DNA of 46,567 bases from a virus. The notes beneath the pieces are model-generated. The model searched no databases. It worked only from the letters and a program-made list of their open reading frames with translations, and was not told where the DNA came from. The translations under genes were made by a program, and so were the position numbers. Shown here piece by piece: positions 42,214 to 46,567 of the stretch; position 1 is the first letter of the stretch; each line of letters opens with the position of its first letter. Location: IMG/VR virus record IMGVR_UViG_3300048854_000105, positions 1-46,567 of that record; one strand, written 5' to 3'.

Positions 42214-42664
42214 GGCCCCTCTCCTTCAGCATCTTCATCGCTAACAGTTCCGTTTGGATATGGAGCGCATGCTCAAATTGCCTATCGACTTCCTCTTGCC
42301 TAAAGGGAATCCCGTAGTCCACGAAAATATCTGAACCCGTACCCAGGAACTCTTTCATTTCGGCATCTGTCAATACTCGGGTTAGAGACGCTTGCCTGAG
42401 AGAGAATCGGTGCATACGGTCTTCATTTAGTTGCTTTTCCCATTCCTTCTCAGCTTCGATATCCTCCTCCACATGGCCCTTTCTGCCTGCGGGGCCTGCA
42501 CTGTCAGGGACACATTTTCCGACATAGAGGCGACCTGCACCAAAAGATCCCCCGCCGCCACTAGATGAATCATTAGGGTTGCACCAGTTCTTCTTTAAGG
42601 GTGACGCCCCACAGGAAATGGCGAATGTAATTACAGCCGCTATAACAGTTACCGATTTATTCAC
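42191..42664 (-). CDS. Lipoprotein, about 157 aa (start GTG 42664, not track start 42700)
   Basis: VNKSVTVIAAVITFAISCG contains a lipobox, followed by an SSSGGGGS linker. GTGA overlap with the upstream stop. Confidence 0.6.
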   Translation of the reverse strand: MNKSVTVIAAVITFAISCGASPLKKNWCNPNDSSSGGGGSFGAGRLYVGKCVPDSAGPAGRKGHVEEDIEAEKEWEKQLNEDRMHRFSLRQASLTRVLTDAEMKEFLGTGSDIFVDYGIPFRQEEVDRQFEHALHIQTELLAMKMLKERGHGRSSGN

Positions 42665-43065
42665 TGGCCCTCTCCATTGGTCTTCAATGCCCTTATGCAT
42701 TTGGCATAATGGGCAGCTATATTTTCCCGCGGTTCAAGCTGAAGAAGTTCGATGTGTATTGCCGCATCTTCGAAAGCTATATCTCTGGCCGATTCTTTTT
42801 GGACGGTTAGTTCCTCCAGTTCCGCAATCCTTGCCTCTAGCGCCTTGATGGTGTCCTGCGCCTGCCTGAGTTCTCGCAATGTGCCAGCAGGATCGGCCTC
42901 GGTGGAGACGTCGTGCAGGAGGGTTTTGAGTTGGGCATAGTCCTCGAATCTCACATACTCGCCACCTTCAGCCTGTGACATCTCTGCAGTGCATCCGGGA
43001 TCGCAGTCGTATTTACTTCCGGGACAGAAGTCGTATCGCTGCACCTTCTCTGGATCAAAGCTCAT
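42661..43065 (-). CDS. Coiled-coil protein, 134 aa
   Basis: IKALEARIAELEELTVQKE is a heptad repeat. Operon context. Confidence 0.5.
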   Translation of the reverse strand: MSFDPEKVQRYDFCPGSKYDCDPGCTAEMSQAEGGEYVRFEDYAQLKTLLHDVSTEADPAGTLRELRQAQDTIKALEARIAELEELTVQKESARDIAFEDAAIHIELLQLEPRENIAAHYAKCIRALKTNGEGQ

Positions 43066-43219
43066 GCCAGTCCTCCCCCTGAAACATCTTCCTCCGCCTA
43101 TGCCGTTTCACAATCTTCTCTCCTACCCACCAAAGCATTGGAAGGACAACAATACCTAGGAACCTACCCGCCTCAGCCCATATGAGGTTGCGCCCTATTT
43201 GGTCTACTTCCCAACTCAT
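43055..43219 (-). CDS. 54-aa TM protein immediately downstream of the endolysin
   Basis: MSWEVDQIGRNLIWAEAGRFLGIVVLPMLWWVGEKIVKRHRRRK... ATGA overlap with the endolysin stop. Confidence 0.4.
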   Translation of the reverse strand: MSWEVDQIGRNLIWAEAGRFLGIVVLPMLWWVGEKIVKRHRRRKMFQGEDWHEL

Positions 43220-43665
43220 CGCCAGTCCCTCCCCTCAAACATCGCCTGTTCAGCAATCCGTCTCCGCGTCAGCCCCGCTTCAGGCGTCAGCACTCCGCCG
43301 ATCCGCACCTTGTTCCACTTTGGAAACTCTGCCGCTGCGCCTTCGTAATCTCCAGCCCGTAGCTTGTCCCGCAGAGTGCATCGCCGCTTCGTCAGAGCTC
43401 CGGCATTGAACTGCAGGTCTACCAGCGCATCGAACTGGTTCTGCGTGAGCGGCACTTTGATGATTCGGTTCACGTCTGCCACGGCTCCTGCCACATCTTC
43501 TGCAAGCCACTGGTCTGCCTGTTCGGGGGTGCATACATCGCCAAGCCTGACGCCTCTCGTGTGACCCCAGCCGATCGTTGGCACGCCCTTTGAGTCTGGG
43601 TAGGCAGTCAGGCGCAGCTGCTCGAAGCTCTTTGTTAGCGCCAGTCCGGCTTCGCTGTAGTTCAT
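43216..43665 (-). CDS. GH24 phage lysozyme (endolysin)
   Basis: The E-x8-D-x5-T catalytic spacing is present in FEQLRLTAYPDSKGVPTIGWGHT. AGGAGG RBS. Confidence 0.85.
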   Translation of the reverse strand: MNYSEAGLALTKSFEQLRLTAYPDSKGVPTIGWGHTRGVRLGDVCTPEQADQWLAEDVAGAVADVNRIIKVPLTQNQFDALVDLQFNAGALTKRRCTLRDKLRAGDYEGAAAEFPKWNKVRIGGVLTPEAGLTRRRIAEQAMFEGRDWR

Positions 43666-43682
43666 CCTGCTATCCTCCTGTG

Positions 43683-43862
43683 ATGGCCCGCAAGATTGAT
43701 CTCTCCGGTTTCAAGTTCGACGACACCTGCCCTAACTGCGGGAAGGACATCCACCCCTCGCAGATGCTCAGGCTGGACAGCGAGCGCAAACGGTGCCCAC
43801 ACTGCGGCGGGGAGTATACGGTCACGCCTGCAAAGCCGTGGCAGCAGCTGCATCATGGGTGA
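43683..43862 (+). CDS. 59-aa zinc-ribbon protein on the opposite strand. Strand assignment is ambiguous: the minus-strand alternative is 43662..43868.
   Basis: CPNCG...CPHCGG. Third-position GC is about 80 percent by hand count, against about 55 percent for the directly antisense frame. There is no SD. Confidence 0.4.
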   Translation: MARKIDLSGFKFDDTCPNCGKDIHPSQMLRLDSERKRCPHCGGEYTVTPAKPWQQLHHG

Positions 43863-43864
43863 GG

Positions 43865-44083
43865 TCATTGGCCGCGCTCCTTGCGTGCCTGCTCCATAGC
43901 CCATTCAATCGGGTCGCCTTCCAGATAGTTATCTCTAACAATCTCCAGCGCCCGCCTTGTAACTGCCAGCTCGGCTTCGAGATGATCTATATAGGCATCG
44001 GTTCTAGCGGCAGGATATTTAGGCTGGTTGAAGAGTGCCTTCCTTGTCACGGTTGGCCTCACTGCTTTGGATGGGGTAGTCAT
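43865..44083 (-). CDS. Hypothetical protein, 72 aa
   Basis: Track ORF in operon context. Confidence 0.5.
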   Translation of the reverse strand: MTTPSKAVRPTVTRKALFNQPKYPAARTDAYIDHLEAELAVTRRALEIVRDNYLEGDPIEWAMEQARKERGQ

Positions 44084-44232
44084 CGCTGCTCCTCGGTATC
44101 GGGGTATAGAATTTTTGCCGCTGCCTCACAAGCTGCGGCATGCCCCCTTGAGCCATCGCCAGCGTTAGCGAACGCCTCACATATTCGGCACGAACAGTCC
44201 AGAGGATGGTTATTTAGTGCTTCCGTAACCAT
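44080..44232 (-). CDS. 50-aa Cys-containing miniprotein
   Basis: MVTEALNNHPLDCSCRICEAFANAGDGSRGHAAACEAAAKILYPDTEEQR. ATGA overlap downstream. Confidence 0.35.
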   Translation of the reverse strand: MVTEALNNHPLDCSCRICEAFANAGDGSRGHAAACEAAAKILYPDTEEQR

Positions 44233-44249
44233 GAGATATATCTGGTGGC

Positions 44250-44969
44250 TCACTCCCCACCCCTTTTCTCGCGCTGGCGATACTGCTGTAGCTCTTTGGC
44301 AAGCTGGTAATAAAGGTATTGCGATGAACTAGCGTTTTTCACAATGTCTGCTAGCACCGCATCCTCGACCAGTTTCTCCACCTTCTCTGCTTTGGGTTGG
44401 GCAGACTCCAGTTCATACGTCTGAGCGAATATGTCGGGCTTGCAAGGATAAAACTCACCCTTGACTCCCTTGATGATGTAATCCCCCTCAGACGCAACGT
44501 GCTCTCCTTCAAGGGTACGGATCATAAACAGAGGATGGTTTGGGTCATTGACATCTCTATAGCAGCGGCCTTCTGTAAAACGCTTGATGGCGTCGTGGTT
44601 CTTCCCGTCATACCGCAGAGCCTCGATAACCACTGGCTTCTTGCGCCAACGCTGTACCGCCTGTGGAGCTATGGGCTTGGGTTCCACATCCGGCGATGTA
44701 CCGACATAGTACGGATTACACAGGGCATTGTTGTGCATCAGGTATTCCGTGCTGCCGTCGTCGAGATGCCTAACGCCTACAATGTCCGGCCGCGTTCCAG
44801 GTGCAGGCCGTTCCCATGAGATTCCGGGGCCACCTACTGGAATAAACACCTCGCAGGATGTGCCGGTTGCCCACTGTGGCGATTCGAGCGGCTTAGGGGG
44901 AGTGACTTCATCTTCCTCACATATGCACCTATAACGGCGGCAGTAAAAACACATTGCTCCATCGCTCAT
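44250..44969 (-). CDS. Two-part protein with a Cys-rich N-terminal region plus the PGDxIIxGxKGExYPCKPDIF domain
   Basis: WRKKPVVIEALRY...TLEGEHVASEGDYIIKGVKGEFYPCKPDIFAQTYE. Confidence 0.6.
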   Translation of the reverse strand: MSDGAMCFYCRRYRCICEEDEVTPPKPLESPQWATGTSCEVFIPVGGPGISWERPAPGTRPDIVGVRHLDDGSTEYLMHNNALCNPYYVGTSPDVEPKPIAPQAVQRWRKKPVVIEALRYDGKNHDAIKRFTEGRCYRDVNDPNHPLFMIRTLEGEHVASEGDYIIKGVKGEFYPCKPDIFAQTYELESAQPKAEKVEKLVEDAVLADIVKNASSSQYLYYQLAKELQQYRQREKRGGE

Positions 44970-44973
44970 ATCC

Positions 44974-45078
44974 CTACTCTTCCCTCCTAGATTTCCTTAT
45001 AGAAGCAGCAATAAATAAGGTTGCCCCTGAGACCATCACGACAATCGAAACTAGGGAAACAAGATCTAACACTGTCAT
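44974..45078 (-). CDS. 34-aa TM micro-ORF
   Basis: MTVLDLVSLVSIVVMVSGATLFIAASIRKSRREE. Confidence 0.3.
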   Translation of the reverse strand: MTVLDLVSLVSIVVMVSGATLFIAASIRKSRREE

Positions 45079-45082
45079 ATCC

Positions 45083-45718
45083 CTACTCTCCCGTAACCGC
45101 TGCTTTGAGCCGTTTGCTGAGATCCAAGTAGTGCTTGCCGGTGATATCGTTGGCTCTCTCGTACACTAAAACCGTTACGGCATCCTCGCACTCTCGCAGC
45201 AACTCCCTCAGATCCTTCTCGCGCTGCAAGGATGCCTTTAGTTGGCGCTCACGGCAATGCAGAACGGCTCTAGTTCGGTCCATGTCGTGGCGGCCGTCTC
45301 TTGTGAGCCCATGAACTTCTGCTTCCCACTCTTTATCCAGCGGAGGTAGCGGTGGCAATCCATCCCCGGACTCGACCTGCGCAGGCACCTTGGGATACTC
45401 GCATTTGGGGCAGGGAGTTACCGTACCACCGACGAACCAATGGCCACACTTTACGCACTCTCTGTCTCCACCTACCTGCGCAGGCTCACATCCGTTGCAA
45501 AATCCATTTCCCCAGCAGACACACTTAGGCTTCTCCCCCTCTTTGGGGGCAGGCTCAACAGGTTTGTATTCACGTTTGCACTTAGCGCAAAGGTTCCAGC
45601 CATCGACAGTAGCCACCCAATCGTGCTTCCCTAGGTCGCGGCCATACCACTCGCAGGGTTGATCTACTATCGCTTTCGCTTCACTTGCTGTCATCGTCTC
45701 TCTCCTTCTCAGTGCCAC
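45083..45718 (-). CDS. Multi-zinc-ribbon Cys-rich protein with a C-terminal coiled coil (probable start ATG 45694)
   Basis: CAKCK, CVCWGNGFCNGC, CVKCGHW and CPKC motifs. AAGGAGAGAG lies before 45694. Confidence 0.55.
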   Translation of the reverse strand: MALRRRETMTASEAKAIVDQPCEWYGRDLGKHDWVATVDGWNLCAKCKREYKPVEPAPKEGEKPKCVCWGNGFCNGCEPAQVGGDRECVKCGHWFVGGTVTPCPKCEYPKVPAQVESGDGLPPLPPLDKEWEAEVHGLTRDGRHDMDRTRAVLHCRERQLKASLQREKDLRELLRECEDAVTVLVYERANDITGKHYLDLSKRLKAAVTGE

Positions 45719-45802
45719 TCAATCTTGGCCGGGTATTTAGGACCGCGACTGCTTCCCCCATCTTTCTACGACGAACCCGAACTTTCGTAGTTCAGTCAGG
45801 CG

Positions 45803-46168
45803 CTACCTGACAACCTCAATCTTCAGTCGCCAAACTCTCACCGGCCTGGCATGGTTCGACTTCCTCTTACTCGGAAGCCAGTGGCCGCTGAACTCCCATG
45901 CATCCGTCTTGAAGATCGACCCGGCAGCGTTGCCAAGATCGGAGGCGCTTAGGCCGATTGCCTCAAGGAAGGGAACTGCATCGTCGATCGTGGCGCAACG
46001 GTCTGCACGGTTGCGGGCGATGTAGGCAAGCTGGAAGCGGACCTTGTTTACCAGTTCATTGCGGCATTCTGCGGCCTGCATGATGCCTGCGTCTCTGGCT
46101 TCGATTCCGCCGAATAGATCCATTGTGGTGCTCATGGAATAATCTCCCCTCCGAAGTAGCGGTGCCAC
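45803..46168 (-). CDS. Hypothetical protein (probable start ATG 46135, ATGA-coupled to the exonuclease stop)
   Basis: Track ORF. The ATG at 46135 overlaps the TGA at 46132..46134. Confidence 0.5.
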   Translation of the reverse strand: MAPLLRRGDYSMSTTMDLFGGIEARDAGIMQAAECRNELVNKVRFQLAYIARNRADRCATIDDAVPFLEAIGLSASDLGNAAGSIFKTDAWEFSGHWLPSKRKSNHARPVRVWRLKIEVVR

Positions 46169-46567
46169 TCTTCAATCGGCGGTGCTGGCATGTCATACTC
46201 TTCTCCCATCGTGGGCATCGGTATAACCCACGGGCGGAGCTCTTCGACCAGTGACTCTACCTCTTCGTTGAACTTGCAGACGGCATCCCTGATTTCTGCG
46301 ATTCTCTTTTCGTCCCGATACATGCGAACGATGAGCGGCTTGAATCGAGGATGCGCGGCCACAAAATCCAGCCACTCGCGCTCGCAGCACTCCATCACCC
46401 AATCGCATTGATCGCGGTGGTCGTCAGGAACTACACCGGAGCGGATCCACTCGACCATCGTGTCATCTTGCGGGGATTTGATCTCCAGTGCGCCCTTGTC
46501 TCCCACGAGGCCATCCGGGGATGCCGCGGAGAAGTCGAGATTCGGGTGAAGGACTAAACCTACCGTC
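46132..46567 (-). CDS. YqaJ-type exonuclease, C-terminal part (46441..46567 duplicates 1..127); the joined protein is about 234 aa
   Basis: The track ORF 46132..46506 begins inside the D...ExK motif (GALEIKSP) and has no stop upstream to the window end. Confidence 0.75.
   Translation of the reverse strand, partial: TVGLVLHPNLDFSAASPDGLVGDKGALEIKSPQDDTMVEWIRSGVVPDDHRDQCDWVMECCEREWLDFVAAHPRFKPLIVRMYRDEKRIAEIRDAVCKFNEEVESLVEELRPWVIPMPTMGEEYDMPAPPIEEWHRYFGGEIIP
46441..46567. repeat. Terminal exact direct repeat, copy 2 (identical to 1..127)
   Basis: Direct comparison of the first and last sequence lines. Confidence 0.95.

Noticed and set aside
44967-45089. Identical 14-nt CATATCCCTACTCT at 44967..44980 and 45076..45089
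   Set aside because: On the minus strand, both copies are the same stop-RBS-start junction (GAG TAG GGA TATG) of adjacent genes. This is shared translation-initiation context, not a mobile-element boundary or a recombination site.

Overview
The window is a complete, circularly closed genome of about 46.4 kb from a temperate tailed phage. The first 127 nt are identical to the last 127 nt, and a recombination exonuclease gene reads straight across that join. There are two large transcription blocks. The leftward (minus-strand) block starts at an operator/promoter near 2900 and wraps through the contig join. It carries a small winged-helix regulator, many translationally coupled micro-ORFs, an ERF annealing protein plus a YqaJ-type exonuclease, Cys-rich proteins, a GH24 endolysin with membrane, coiled-coil and lipoprotein partners, excisionase and tyrosine integrase. 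It ends at an attP whose core is the 3' 47 nt of an initiator tRNA-Met. The rightward (plus-strand) block starts at a second, inverted copy of the same operator/promoter near 5060. It carries HNH, a DUF1376-type replication protein, an ASCH-like protein, a DNA methyltransferase and a VRR-NUC nuclease. After a 420-nt structured non-coding region it continues with holin-like membrane proteins, small and large terminase, portal, scaffold and major capsid. It then has a podovirus-like (T7-order) set of tail and internal-virion genes and three large fibre or spike genes. I could not recognise a tape measure, sheath, tube, polymerase, helicase or primase. The parts most worth a second look are: the duplicated operator modules that bracket an AT-rich cassette (7-TM protein, membrane-anchored protein, winged-helix protein) in the position where lambdoid phages keep cI-rexAB; an iteron-like array inside the replication gene; an aberrant 106-nt tRNA-like element between scaffold and capsid genes; an opposite-strand micro-operon of paralogous zinc-ribbon miniproteins; a GNAT-like gene inside the internal-virion module; and fibre proteins that begin with Sec-type signal-peptide-like sequences. 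All functional calls come from motif recognition by eye; no database search was run.
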